NCBI GenBank assembly: GCA_036986135.1
Contig: BTQZ01000004.1
Location: 44,093-108,092 of the forward strand
Direction: 5' to 3'
Length of the DNA stretch: 64,000 nucleotides
Source of the DNA: Anaerolineae bacterium
GTDB taxonomy: Bacteria > Chloroflexota > Anaerolineae > Anaerolineales > E44-bin32
Shown: positions 10,029 through 19,774 of the stretch, one piece after another
How positions within the stretch are numbered: position 1 is the first letter of the stretch
Layout: each line of letters opens with the position of its first letter
Notes under the pieces: generated by a model
The model's input: the letters and a program-made list of their open reading frames with translations, nothing else
What the model was told of the DNA's origin: nothing
Databases searched by the model: none
Made by a program: the position numbers and the translations under genes

Positions 10029-11194
10029 TGGCCCCCTCCCGCCGCCGCGGACTGCGTAACAGACTCGCTGCGCTCGATTCGCACGCGGTACCGCAGGAGA
10101 AGCTCACCGCCCACCACGACAAACAGAATCACGCCATTCAGCATGGACACGATGCCGAACGGTTGAATCTCGTCGCCGCCTACCAGCAGTCCGCCGAAAA
10201 GATAGGCTACCAAAACCACCCCCCAGGGGTTGAGTTTTGCAAGCCAGGCGACGATGATGGCCGTAAACCCGTATCCGGGAGAGATGCGCTCTTGAAAGAT
10301 GTGAATGACGCCGGAGACCTCGCCCATTCCTGCCAGCCCAGCCAGGCCGCCACTGATCAGCATCACCAGCAGGATGTTGCGTTTGATATTCATGCCTGCA
10401 TAGCGTGCGGCTTCAGGATTATCTCCAATGACCTTGATCTCGTAGCCGAACTTGCTTTTGCGCAGCACGTACCAAAGGATGAAGGCGGCCGCGAGGCCGA
10501 TCAGGATTCCGGCATGCGCAGTCAGTCCTCGCAGAATGGAGAATTGGTCGGCGAACTCAGTCAGCCGCGGCAGCCACGCAGTCCGCGGAAACTTCGGCGT
10601 CAATCCAAAGCCACGCAGCGACCACGGCCCGTAGATGAAGAAGTTGTTCCAAAACGCGGCCACGTAGTTCAGCATCAGAGTGGTGATGATGAGATTCACG
10701 CCTAACCAAGCCTTCAGTGCACCGGGAACCGCGCCGTAAAGTCCTCCTGCCAGGAAGGCAGCCAGCATCATTGCGGGGATCATGATGAAAGCCGGCGTAT
10801 CCGGGCTGAGCAGCTTGAGTGCCACGCCGGTCGCTGCCCAGGCTCCAATCAGGAGCTGGCCCTCCGCGCCGATGTTCCACAGCTGCATGCGAAAAGCGAG
10901 CGCGACGCTGAGACCAGCCAGCAGCAGTGGCGTGGCCTTGATGGTCGTATCGGACAGCGGATAGAGCTCACCTCTCAGCCAGCCGGCAGGTGTGCCGAAG
11001 GCGGCCCGGAAGATGCGAGAATACGCCACGAAAGGGCTGACTCCCACGATCGATAGCAGCACCCCACCGACGATCAACGCGCCGATCACCAGGACGACGG
11101 GGGAGAGGATCGAGAGCCAGCGCGGATTGTCCAGGCGCTTTTGGATGCGGATGCGGTATGGAAACCGTTCGGCGATCGAGCTCTGAGCGCTCAT
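10025..11194 (-). CDS. ABC transporter permease, nucleoside/simple-sugar type (YufP/NupP-like)
   Basis: 389-aa polytopic protein. LWNIGAEGQLLIGAW motif. Adjacent to the ATPase and second permease. Confidence 0.9.
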   Translation of the reverse strand: MSAQSSIAERFPYRIRIQKRLDNPRWLSILSPVVLVIGALIVGGVLLSIVGVSPFVAYSRIFRAAFGTPAGWLRGELYPLSDTTIKATPLLLAGLSVALAFRMQLWNIGAEGQLLIGAWAATGVALKLLSPDTPAFIMIPAMMLAAFLAGGLYGAVPGALKAWLGVNLIITTLMLNYVAAFWNNFFIYGPWSLRGFGLTPKFPRTAWLPRLTEFADQFSILRGLTAHAGILIGLAAAFILWYVLRKSKFGYEIKVIGDNPEAARYAGMNIKRNILLVMLISGGLAGLAGMGEVSGVIHIFQERISPGYGFTAIIVAWLAKLNPWGVVLVAYLFGGLLVGGDEIQPFGIVSMLNGVILFVVVGGELLLRYRVRIERSESVTQSAAAGGGQ

Positions 11195-11200
11195 TTTCAG

Positions 11201-12751
11201 CTATCCGGCTTTGACATTGTGAGCTGTTCGCGTGCCGGCCATCATCAGACCGATTTCCTCGATATCGGCACCTTCAGCGCTCATCTCGCCCATGATTTGG
11301 CCCTCGTAGATCACGGCAATGCGGTCGGCCAGCGCCATGATCTCGTCCAGATCTTCGGAAATCATAAGAATGGCGGCGCCTTCGTCTCGCTGCTCCAACA
11401 AGATGCGATGCACGGCTTCGGTGGCGCCCACGTCCAATCCGCGAGTGGGCTGCATGGCAACCAGCATTGCAGGAGCTCCGGATATCTCTCGCGCCAGGAT
11501 AAGCTTCTGTAAATTGCCGCCCGAAAGCAGTCGTGAGGGAGTTTCAATTGAGGGAGTGGCAATGTCGAATTCGTCAACGAGTTTCTCGGCCTGCTCGCGC
11601 ATGGCGACGAGATTCATCACCCATCCGTTCCCAATCGGCGGGATGCGGTAATTCCGTAAGGCCAAGTTCTCGGATATGTTCATGTTGGGAACACTGCCCA
11701 TTCCCACTCGGTCCTCGGGAACGAAAGATAGTCCCGCCTCGAGCACATGGCTGGGCGAAGCGTTCGTAACTTCGCGACCCTGCGCGATGACCGATCCTCC
11801 CGTCGCCTCGCGCAGCCCTGTAACTGCTTCGGCAAGCTCTCTCTGACCGTTCCCCGACACTCCCGCCAGGGCAAGGATTTCACCAGTACGCACCTCCAGC
11901 GATATCCCCTTCAGAGCCGGAAGACCCTTGTCGTCAAGGGCCTGGAGGTTCCTGATCTCTAGAATGGGCTCGCCGGGAGTCGCGGCCTTTCGATCGATGC
12001 GGAACAAAACCTCTCGTCCCACCATGAGCCTTGCCAGATCCTTCTTCGTCACTCCTTCGAGGTCAATGCCGCTGGACACCATGCGCCCGAGTCGCAAGAC
12101 GCTGATCCGATCCGCGATCTCGAGTACTTCGTGCAACTTGTGGCTGATGAAGATGATCGTCTTGCCAGAGCTCGCCATCTCACGCAGCGTGTGGAAGAGC
12201 TCCTCCACCTCTTGAGGCGTAAGCACCGCTGTGGGCTCGTCCATAATGAGGATGTTGGCTCCCCGGTAGAGCATCTTCAAGACTTCCACTCGCTGCTGCT
12301 CACCTACGGAGAGTTGCCAGATCTTGGCACGCGGATCGACGCTGATGTTGAACCGCTGGCTGAGCGCTTCCACCTCCGCCTCGATCTTCTGGGGGCGGAG
12401 AAGAAATCGAGCTTCATCCAATCCCAGAACTAGATTCTCGGCAACGGAGAGGACGGGTACCAACATGAAATGCTGATGGATCATTCCGATGCCGTCATGG
12501 ATGGCGTCCTTCGGCGATCCAAAGGTGACCTTTGCTCCGTCTACATAGATCTCACCCTCGTCCGGGTGATAAAGCCCGGAGAGGATGTTCATGAGCGTGC
12601 TCTTGCCCGCCCCGTTCTCGCCCAGCAGTGCGTGCACTTCCCCCGCTCGAACGTCAAGGTCGACGCGATCGTTGGCTAACACGCCGGGGAAGCGCTTGAC
12701 GATGCCTCGCATTTCAACGGCGAGGCGGTTCTCGCTCACGGCTGCATTCAA
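11201..12751 (-). CDS. ABC transporter ATP-binding protein with duplicated ATPase domains (YufO/NupO-like)
   Basis: 516 aa. Walker A GENGAGKST, signature LSVGEQQRVEVLK, and a second signature LSGGNLQKLILAREI. Confidence 0.95.
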   Translation of the reverse strand: MNAAVSENRLAVEMRGIVKRFPGVLANDRVDLDVRAGEVHALLGENGAGKSTLMNILSGLYHPDEGEIYVDGAKVTFGSPKDAIHDGIGMIHQHFMLVPVLSVAENLVLGLDEARFLLRPQKIEAEVEALSQRFNISVDPRAKIWQLSVGEQQRVEVLKMLYRGANILIMDEPTAVLTPQEVEELFHTLREMASSGKTIIFISHKLHEVLEIADRISVLRLGRMVSSGIDLEGVTKKDLARLMVGREVLFRIDRKAATPGEPILEIRNLQALDDKGLPALKGISLEVRTGEILALAGVSGNGQRELAEAVTGLREATGGSVIAQGREVTNASPSHVLEAGLSFVPEDRVGMGSVPNMNISENLALRNYRIPPIGNGWVMNLVAMREQAEKLVDEFDIATPSIETPSRLLSGGNLQKLILAREISGAPAMLVAMQPTRGLDVGATEAVHRILLEQRDEGAAILMISEDLDEIMALADRIAVIYEGQIMGEMSAEGADIEEIGLMMAGTRTAHNVKAG

Positions 12752-12767
12752 CTCCTGGAGTGAAAGG

Positions 12768-12804
12768 ATACCGGACAGGTCCGCGTCACGGACCTGTCCG
12801 GTAT
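12768..12804 (-). promoter_or_regulatory. Perfect 16-bp stem-loop between the binding-protein gene and the ATPase gene
   Basis: ATACCGGACAGGTCCG (12768..12783), loop CGTCA, CGGACCTGTCCGGTAT (12789..12804). It sits in the 91-nt gap of an otherwise tight operon. Confidence 0.6.
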
Positions 12805-12842
12805 CTGTTTTCTAACGACCTGCTTCCCGCTTGCAGAATCGA

Positions 12843-14108
12843 CTACCCACCCGACATTGCAGGGATCTCAGCCTCTGGCAGGAATCCCTCTACGAGAAAG
12901 TTCATGCAAATCTGGCACGGCTCGCGGTCGAGTCCGAAGCTATCGATCGTAGCCTGGTCGAGTCCCTCAAGATCTTCCTGAGTTGGCACTACTCCCTCGG
13001 CGATGACAAGGTTGCCCTTGTTGTCGTAGATTGGACCCGTAAACAGATCGAAGCGGTCGAACTCGCCGCTCTGCATCTCGGCCCATTTCTCCTCTACCAA
13101 GGGGATCACCCAATCGGGCACAGCATCAGGAAACTCACCGTCGGTCAGGCCCAGCAGGCCGACGATACCGCTCTCCGCACCCGGATACCAGTCTGAGGGC
13201 GTCCACGTTCCAGCCTGGACTTCTTTGATGAATTCCTCATAGGCCACGCCCCAGTTCCAGTAGGGAACCGTCAGGCAGGCCTCGGGATCGGCGTCGCATG
13301 AGGTATTGCTGTCATAGGCAATTCCCCACAGTCCACGCTCACCGGCGGCCTGGACCGGCCCCGGCGTGTCCGCACCCGTCACGACCACTGTGGCCCCTGC
13401 GTCGAGCAGCGATTCACCGGCTTGGATTTCCTTGTCGGGATCGAACCAGGTGAAGATCCAGCGCACGTCGACCTCACACTCGGGGCAAGTCTCGCGCACA
13501 CCCATCGTTAGGGCATTACTCAACCGAACCACTTCCGCGATCGGCCAGGGTGCGATGTAGCCAACACGGTTGCTCCCGTCTTCCTTGGCGCGCGCACCTG
13601 CGACCATCCCGGCCAAGAACTTGGTCTGCTCCATCGCTCCGAACAGATTTCCAAAGTTTTCGTCGTTCTTCAGGAATCCCGACACGTGCAAGAAGGCGGT
13701 GTCTGGAAACTCTTCAGCTATCTCGGGCATCGGGAATTGGAACTCGAAGCTGGTAGCGATGATGGCATCAAAGCCTTTGCGCGCCAGGTTGCGCATGACC
13801 CGAGCCGCGTCCGCCTCAGAGAGGATGGACTCCAGATAGACGGTGTGAACGTTGTCTACATTCTGCTCTAGGTACTCTCGACCCTGATTGTGGGCATAGG
13901 TCCACCCAGCATCGCCGATCGGCCCTATGTACACGAACGCCACATTAGTCTTGCCTTCCTCGGGTTCGGGCAGCGTGATGGTCACGTCATCCCCGAATCC
14001 CGAGACCGTGATCTCCTCTGGTGTAGCCGGCTCCTGGGCGCACGCCGCAACCAGCAGCCCGCCGACCAACAGCACAGTGATAGCTAGCCCCGCTTTGTGT
14101 CTCATCAT
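12843..14108 (-). CDS. BMP-family (PnrA/Med-like) ABC substrate-binding lipoprotein, probable purine nucleoside binding
   Basis: 421 aa. Lipobox LLVAAC. FVYIGPIGDAGWTYAHNQG and GFDAIIATSFEF resemble the basic-membrane-protein family. Confidence 0.85.
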   Translation of the reverse strand: MMRHKAGLAITVLLVGGLLVAACAQEPATPEEITVSGFGDDVTITLPEPEEGKTNVAFVYIGPIGDAGWTYAHNQGREYLEQNVDNVHTVYLESILSEADAARVMRNLARKGFDAIIATSFEFQFPMPEIAEEFPDTAFLHVSGFLKNDENFGNLFGAMEQTKFLAGMVAGARAKEDGSNRVGYIAPWPIAEVVRLSNALTMGVRETCPECEVDVRWIFTWFDPDKEIQAGESLLDAGATVVVTGADTPGPVQAAGERGLWGIAYDSNTSCDADPEACLTVPYWNWGVAYEEFIKEVQAGTWTPSDWYPGAESGIVGLLGLTDGEFPDAVPDWVIPLVEEKWAEMQSGEFDRFDLFTGPIYDNKGNLVIAEGVVPTQEDLEGLDQATIDSFGLDREPCQICMNFLVEGFLPEAEIPAMSGG

Positions 14109-14205
14109 CTAGTACTCCTCCTATTGTAGAGTTTCGTGGGAATCAGACGGTAGTTGCTACGAGCCGAGCGATGTCACCTCCTCTCATTAAATGAGTCGCC
14201 GGCGG

Positions 14206-15153
14206 TCAAGGGACTATTCGGGTCCCCGTCTTGCCGGCGAGCGCTCGCTCGATATTGTCCGGATCTGTCACCAGGGCTTCTTTGCCCCCAGCCTCCAGGT
14301 ATTTGATGATCGCCTGTACCTTAGGCTCCATACTTCCTTTGGCAAAATGGCCCTGCTCCATGTAAGCCTTGGCTTCTGCCAAGGTCACCTTGTCCAACCA
14401 CAGCTGATCTGGCTGGTTATAGTTTAACGCAATCTGCGGGACTGCTGTCGAGATAAGAAGCAAATCGGCTCCGATCTGAGAGGCCAGCAATGCGGACGCA
14501 AAGTCCTTGTCGATGACCGCCTCGACTCCAGCTAGATATCCCGCCTCGTCTTGAACAACGGGAATTCCACCGCCTCCCACGGCGATCACGACAAAGCCAT
14601 CTCCAATGAGCGACTCGATCGCCTCCCGCTGAACGATCCGCACCGGCAACGGTGAAGGTACAATCCGGCGCCATCCTCGGCCGGCGTCTTCCACCACGAC
14701 CCATCCTTCGGCATCCACCCGTCGATTGGCGGTCGACTCATCCATGAAGGATCCGATCGGCTTTGTGGGCGCCTCGAAGGCCGGGTCGTTGCGGTCCACG
14801 AGCACCTGAGTGACCACGGTGGCTGCCTGCTTCTCGATTCCGCGTCGCGTGAACTCATTGTAGAGCGACTGCTGGAACATATAGCCAATGGCGCCCTGGC
14901 TGTCGGCGCCGCAGTAGTCCAGCGGCACCTCGTGAAGCTCATGCTTTGCGAGCTCGGATCGCCTGAGAATGAAGCCCACTTGCGGCCCGTTGCCGTGGGT
15001 AATCACCACATCCCAGTCATCTTCGATCATGCCCGCGATGTGCTTCATTGACTCGGCCGCCGCTTCGTACTGGTCCTGAACGGTCTTGTGTCCCTTGTCC
15101 TTGATCAGCGAGTTGCCGCCGACGGCGACCACCGCCACTTTTTTCTCTGCCAA
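14206..15153 (-). CDS. arcC: Carbamate kinase
   Basis: 315 aa. VVAVGGNSL...VITHGNGPQVG...GGGGIPV motifs and typical length. Confidence 0.9.
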   Translation of the reverse strand: MAEKKVAVVAVGGNSLIKDKGHKTVQDQYEAAAESMKHIAGMIEDDWDVVITHGNGPQVGFILRRSELAKHELHEVPLDYCGADSQGAIGYMFQQSLYNEFTRRGIEKQAATVVTQVLVDRNDPAFEAPTKPIGSFMDESTANRRVDAEGWVVVEDAGRGWRRIVPSPLPVRIVQREAIESLIGDGFVVIAVGGGGIPVVQDEAGYLAGVEAVIDKDFASALLASQIGADLLLISTAVPQIALNYNQPDQLWLDKVTLAEAKAYMEQGHFAKGSMEPKVQAIIKYLEAGGKEALVTDPDNIERALAGKTGTRIVP

Positions 15154-15172
15154 ATTAGCTTCTCCCCTCGCC

Positions 15173-16153
15173 TCACTTCATCGTCAGTGCCATGACCGCC
15201 TTTTGTACGTGCAGGCGGTTCTCGGCTTCGTCGAATACCACGCTCTGCGGTCCGTCGATCACCGCATCCGTCACCTCGACATTACGGTCGGCCGGCAGCG
15301 GATGCATATAGATCGCGTCCTTATGGGCCAGCGACATCTTGCGTTCGTCCGTGATCCAACTCTCGTATTGATCCTGGATTTGTTTGCCTTCGTCAGGATC
15401 CTGCGTAGTCAGCAGCGGGCCCCAGGACTTGGCGTACACCACTTCCGCCCCCTCAAAGCCGGCTTCCATATCCTCCACAACCTTAAATTTCGTCCCGGCC
15501 CTTTCCGCCTCGGCCTGCGCCTGTTCCATTACATCCTGCATCAACTTGAACTCCGGTGGATGGGCCAGGGTGAGATCCAAGCCGAAGCGCGGCATTTGCA
15601 GGATCAGCGATTGCGGGACGGAGACCGGCTTCAAATACGAAGCGGCATAGGCCCAGGAAACGACCATCTTAACCCCGCGCAGATCAGGACCCTTTTTCTC
15701 TTGAATGGTCATGAGATCGGCCAGGATCTGGAAGGGATGGTAGGTTTCGCACTGCATGTTGAGCACCGGCACACGGGCAGCGTTCGCGACGAAGTTCAGA
15801 TACTGGTTCCCCACTCCCCAGTCCACGTGCCGGATGGCGATGCCGTCGAAGTACCGTCCGAAGATATCGCCGATCTCTCGCTCGGTGTCGCCGTGCGCGA
15901 TCTGTGTGGTCTTGGATTCAATGAAGGCCGCGTGCCCGCCCAGCTGCGCCATTCCCGATTCAAATGAACCGCGCGTGCGCGTGCTGCTGAAGAAAAACAG
16001 CATGGCAAGCGTCTTATCGCGCAAATAGGCGTGCGGCTCGCCCAGCGCCCGCTTGCGCTTGAGGTCATAGGCCACATCCAGAACGGTCTCCACCTCTTCT
16101 TTGCTGAAATCCAGGTCGCCGATCAGATCGCGGCCTCTTAGGTCAGTCTGCAT
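15173..16153 (-). CDS. Carbamoyltransferase of the OTC/ATC superfamily, non-canonical (neither ornithine nor putrescine motifs)
   Basis: 326 aa. The carbamoyl-phosphate motifs are present (FFFSSTRTRGSFE, HPFQ). The OTCase DxxxSMG position reads VVYAKSWGPLL and HCLP reads MHPLPA. Confidence 0.8.
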   Translation of the reverse strand: MQTDLRGRDLIGDLDFSKEEVETVLDVAYDLKRKRALGEPHAYLRDKTLAMLFFFSSTRTRGSFESGMAQLGGHAAFIESKTTQIAHGDTEREIGDIFGRYFDGIAIRHVDWGVGNQYLNFVANAARVPVLNMQCETYHPFQILADLMTIQEKKGPDLRGVKMVVSWAYAASYLKPVSVPQSLILQMPRFGLDLTLAHPPEFKLMQDVMEQAQAEAERAGTKFKVVEDMEAGFEGAEVVYAKSWGPLLTTQDPDEGKQIQDQYESWITDERKMSLAHKDAIYMHPLPADRNVEVTDAVIDGPQSVVFDEAENRLHVQKAVMALTMK

Positions 16154-16285
16154 GTGCTCAACCTCTCCCGTCTCATCTGCCTGGCGTTCGCGTAGATGGC
16201 TATGCGCAGTCGACTATTGCGCCGGCCGGTCTATTCCGGAATCCCATATCCTTTCGTGGTGGAGTCAGCCCTGTGGAGATCTCCC

Positions 16286-17236
16286 CTACTCCATCGCCCC
16301 CAAAACGAGTGAAAGCAGCGCCATTCTCATCACCACCCCATTGAAGGCCTCTTCCCAGTAGCGTGCGTGCCGCGTGTAGTCCACCTCTTCCAGCAGCTCA
16401 TCCATGCGAGGCAGGGAGTGCAGGATGATCGAATCTCCCTTGGCCTTCTTCATGAGCTCCCTGGTCACCTGATAGTTCGCGGGTGTCATGCCCACCTCAC
16501 CCGTGCGCTCATCGCGTGACTTAGTGTAGTCCGGCTGTACCACCGGCTCCATATAGATCACGTCCGCCTTGTCGATGACCTGCTCAATGTGCTCGATTTC
16601 ATCGTACTCCAGGTTGAGCTCATCGATTTCTACCTTGAACTCGTCGGTCAGCGACATGTCCTCCGGGGCGATGTAGCTGGCGCTGATATCGAACTGGCTC
16701 ATTGCATAGCTCATGGAATGCATGGTGCGCATGCGCATGTCACCGACCAAAACGAAATGCAGGCCGTCCAGCGTGCCTTTCTCTTTCAAGATGGTGTACA
16801 TGTCCGTAAGCACTTGCGTCGGATGTTCTCCCCAGCCATCTCCAGCGTTGATCACTGGCACGCTGGCCCACTTCGCGGCCTCTGCGGGCGCACCCTGCTC
16901 GAAGTGGCGCATCACGATCACATCGCCGTAATACTCCAGCATGTGCACCGTGTCCTTGATTGATTCCTGATAGAAATCACCGGCGCGGGTCATCTTGGCG
17001 TCGGCGAAGCCGGTAACCTCGCCACCCAGCCGCAGCATGGCCGCCTCGTGGGCCAGACGCGTGCGTGTACTGGGTTGGTAAAAGGCGGTGACCAGGATCT
17101 TTCCGGCCAATAGATCTGAATTCCGTCGATCACGCGCGATATGGGCCAATCGATCTGCGGTCTCGAACACGCGGAAATACTCCGCACGCTCAAAGCCCTT
17201 CAGCGAAAGAATGTCTCGTCCTGCAAAGCTTCTCAT
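16286..17236 (-). CDS. Aspartate-carbamoyltransferase-like protein, non-canonical second-substrate site
   Basis: 316 aa. QPSTRTRLAHE and EHPTQ are present. The ATCase segment D(I/V)LYMTRVQKER reads DVIYMEPVVQPDY, and HPLPR reads HSLPR. Confidence 0.8.
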   Translation of the reverse strand: MRSFAGRDILSLKGFERAEYFRVFETADRLAHIARDRRNSDLLAGKILVTAFYQPSTRTRLAHEAAMLRLGGEVTGFADAKMTRAGDFYQESIKDTVHMLEYYGDVIVMRHFEQGAPAEAAKWASVPVINAGDGWGEHPTQVLTDMYTILKEKGTLDGLHFVLVGDMRMRTMHSMSYAMSQFDISASYIAPEDMSLTDEFKVEIDELNLEYDEIEHIEQVIDKADVIYMEPVVQPDYTKSRDERTGEVGMTPANYQVTRELMKKAKGDSIILHSLPRMDELLEEVDYTRHARYWEEAFNGVVMRMALLSLVLGAME

Positions 17237-17285
17237 CTGTGATGTCCTCCTGTGACTTGGTCCTCAAAAGAGCGCTCGCGCGAGA

Positions 17286-18002
17286 TTAGGCTGCGGTGCT
17301 CAGACCGCGTCCGACCCGCCGAACGACATGAAACTTGAACGTGCCGGGCCGAAAATAGCTCTGGGATCGATCCACGACCTGCCCGTCCTTGGTAAATAGA
17401 CTAGCTTCGAACCGAAGCAGCACGGATCCTGCCGGAACTCCCAGCCGCTCGGCGACCTGCCCTTCAGCGGACACCGCGCTAATCTCACTTTTCGAATACT
17501 CCAGCGCCGGCTCTCCACGCTCCAACAGTAGATCCAAAACGGAGCCGTGAAATTCCTTGGCCAGCACGGCGTCAGGAATCAGGTCTTTCCCGATAGTGTC
17601 AACTAGGTAGGCCACAGTTTCCCCCTCCGCTAGAATGTCGCGTGAGATCTCAATCACCTGATCGACTCCCAGCAGCTGAGCCTCCTCCGGATCTGAGCTG
17701 CGGTGCAGGATCTCGGAATCTCCCATTTCCACCTCCAGGCCCACCCTGGCCGCCATTGTCTCGATGCTTATCAGCTCTTCCAAGCCGGCTTCGATAACCG
17801 TCGGTGGCACATAGGTTCCTACCCCTTGACGCCGCACGATCAGCCCGCGATCCTCGAGGGCGCTCATAGCTTCCCGCAGTGTGGGACGCGAGACGCCCAA
17901 CTGCTCTGCCAGCCTCGGTTCGGAGGGAAGAACTTCTCCCGGCTCGCTTCGCTCAAGCAGCTCTGCCAACGCGTGCGCGGTACGTTGATAAGGTTTGCTC
18001 AT
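17286..18002 (-). CDS. GntR-family transcriptional regulator, HutC subfamily (UTRA effector domain)
   Basis: 238 aa. LPSEPRLAEQLGVSRPTLREAMSALEDRGLIVRRQGVGTYV winged-helix motif. 4-nt overlap with the upstream ade copy 2. Confidence 0.9.
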   Translation of the reverse strand: MSKPYQRTAHALAELLERSEPGEVLPSEPRLAEQLGVSRPTLREAMSALEDRGLIVRRQGVGTYVPPTVIEAGLEELISIETMAARVGLEVEMGDSEILHRSSDPEEAQLLGVDQVIEISRDILAEGETVAYLVDTIGKDLIPDAVLAKEFHGSVLDLLLERGEPALEYSKSEISAVSAEGQVAERLGVPAGSVLLRFEASLFTKDGQVVDRSQSYFRPGTFKFHVVRRVGRGLSTAA

Positions 18003-19774
18003 CTGCTCTCGTCTATCAGCGGCACGACTTCGAAGCGATTCACATCGACCAGACCGAGGTCGGAGATCCGTAGCTCAGGGATCACGACCAGAGCAAGCAG
18101 ACTCAGCTGCATATTGGCACTATTCAGGGTGCAGCCACATTTCCGAAATGCCTCAAGCAGTCTGGCGGCCTTTCCCGCTACCACTTCTGCAGGCTCATCC
18201 GACATCAAGCCCGCGATGGGCAGCTCAACCAGCGCAATGACCTCGCCGTTGCGCACCACGATCTGGCCGCCCCCCACTCTAGCCAACTCATTGGCCGCCA
18301 GCGCCATGTTGCCGTCATCCGTACCCACTACCAGCATGTGATGAGAGTCGTGGGCGACGGTAGAAGCCACTGCGCATCCTTGGTCCAGGCCAAACCCTTG
18401 GACTAGCCCGAGCTGAACCGTTCCGTTGCCGCGATGCCTCTCGACAAGAGCAAGCTTGGCTAGATCCGCTTCAACGTCCGCCTCTAGGACGCCATTTTGC
18501 GGCTTCAGATCCGCATGCAGATGCTCCGTACGTGCCTGATTTTCATTAACGCCGATGACGTTGGCAGTGACTGGTCCATTGCTTGGTGCGCTCAGCTTGA
18601 AGTCAGCCGCGATCAGTTCTCTCTTCAGGTGAACCGATCCTCGCACTTCCGCTGGGTAGGCAAAATCCGGTGGATCGACCAGGATCTTCCCCTCCTGTAC
18701 CGCCACAAGTCCCTTGGCGATCACGATCTCGACTTCGAATTCGCTAAGTTCGCCAACCAGAAGCAGATCGGCATAGCGTCCCGGTGCGATCTGACCCACA
18801 TCGGTTGACACCCCGAAATGCTCCGCAGTATTGAGAGTGGCCATCTGAATGGCCGTCATCGGCTCCACGCCCTGGTCGATGGCGTGTCGCACGACTCGGT
18901 CCATATGGCCCTCGTGAACCAGCGTGCCGGAATGAATGTCGTCTGTTACCAGGATGAAATGGCGAGAATCGAGCCCGAGCTCAGTCACGGCCCGGATCTG
19001 CTCGGCCACGTCATGCCACGCGGAGCCGAGTCGCATAAAGACCTTCATGCCCTGACGGACTCGGGCCACCGCATCCTCAATGCGTGTACCTTCGTGATCA
19101 TCTTCCGGGCCGCCGGCGACATAGGCGTGGAATGGAATTCCCAGATCGAACGAGGCGTAGTGGCCGCCGGCTACTCTGCGGGCGGCGCGGGCCTCTGCCA
19201 TCTCGGCATGCAAACGCTGGTCGCCTGCGATCACGCCGGGGACGTTCATCATCTCCCCAAGCCCGATGATGCCTGGCCAGCTCAACGCCTGAGCCACTTC
19301 ATGCGGCCCGATCTTGGCTCCCGCGGTTTCCAACCCGGGCGCCGATGGGACGCAAGACGGCATCTGCACCCACACGTGGATCGGCTGCAAAGCGGCCTCA
19401 TCCACCATCATGCGCACCCCATCCAGTCCAAATATGTTCGCGATTTCGTGTGGATCGATAAAGATGCCGGTCGTCCCGTGCGGAAGGACCGCCTGCACAA
19501 ACTGCGTGATGGTAAGCATGCCAGATTCAATGTGCATGTGCCCATCCAGCAGTCCAGGTACGGCGTGCCGACCCTCGGCCTCTATGATGAGCGTCTCATC
19601 GCCGATGGTGTGCCCGGCATCTTCCCCGACGTAGGCAATCCGCTGGCCGCTGATGGCGATTTGCGTGTCGTCCAGGATCTCACCGGACTGCACGCACACC
19701 CAGCGCGCGCCAAGCACGACCATGTCCGCCGGTTTGCGGCCCATGGCGACATCGACGAGGTGCTTTGACTGCAT
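17999..19774 (-). CDS. ade: Adenine deaminase family amidohydrolase (copy 2)
   Basis: PGLLDGHMHIESGMLT...LPHGTTGIFIDPHEIANI. I prefer the ATG at 19774 (MQSKHLVDV...) over the GTG at 19834 given in the ORF track. The start is uncertain. Confidence 0.85.
   Translation of the reverse strand: MQSKHLVDVAMGRKPADMVVLGARWVCVQSGEILDDTQIAISGQRIAYVGEDAGHTIGDETLIIEAEGRHAVPGLLDGHMHIESGMLTITQFVQAVLPHGTTGIFIDPHEIANIFGLDGVRMMVDEAALQPIHVWVQMPSCVPSAPGLETAGAKIGPHEVAQALSWPGIIGLGEMMNVPGVIAGDQRLHAEMAEARAARRVAGGHYASFDLGIPFHAYVAGGPEDDHEGTRIEDAVARVRQGMKVFMRLGSAWHDVAEQIRAVTELGLDSRHFILVTDDIHSGTLVHEGHMDRVVRHAIDQGVEPMTAIQMATLNTAEHFGVSTDVGQIAPGRYADLLLVGELSEFEVEIVIAKGLVAVQEGKILVDPPDFAYPAEVRGSVHLKRELIAADFKLSAPSNGPVTANVIGVNENQARTEHLHADLKPQNGVLEADVEADLAKLALVERHRGNGTVQLGLVQGFGLDQGCAVASTVAHDSHHMLVVGTDDGNMALAANELARVGGGQIVVRNGEVIALVELPIAGLMSDEPAEVVAGKAARLLEAFRKCGCTLNSANMQLSLLALVVIPELRISDLGLVDVNRFEVVPLIDESR

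Noticed and set aside
8995-10122. 375-aa ORF on the minus strand overlapping the ABC permease gene in another frame
   Set aside because: Its Arg/Ser/Cys/Pro/Gly-rich composition is typical of off-frame translation in GC-rich DNA. The 9051..10028 frame gives a clean polytopic permease with conserved motifs.
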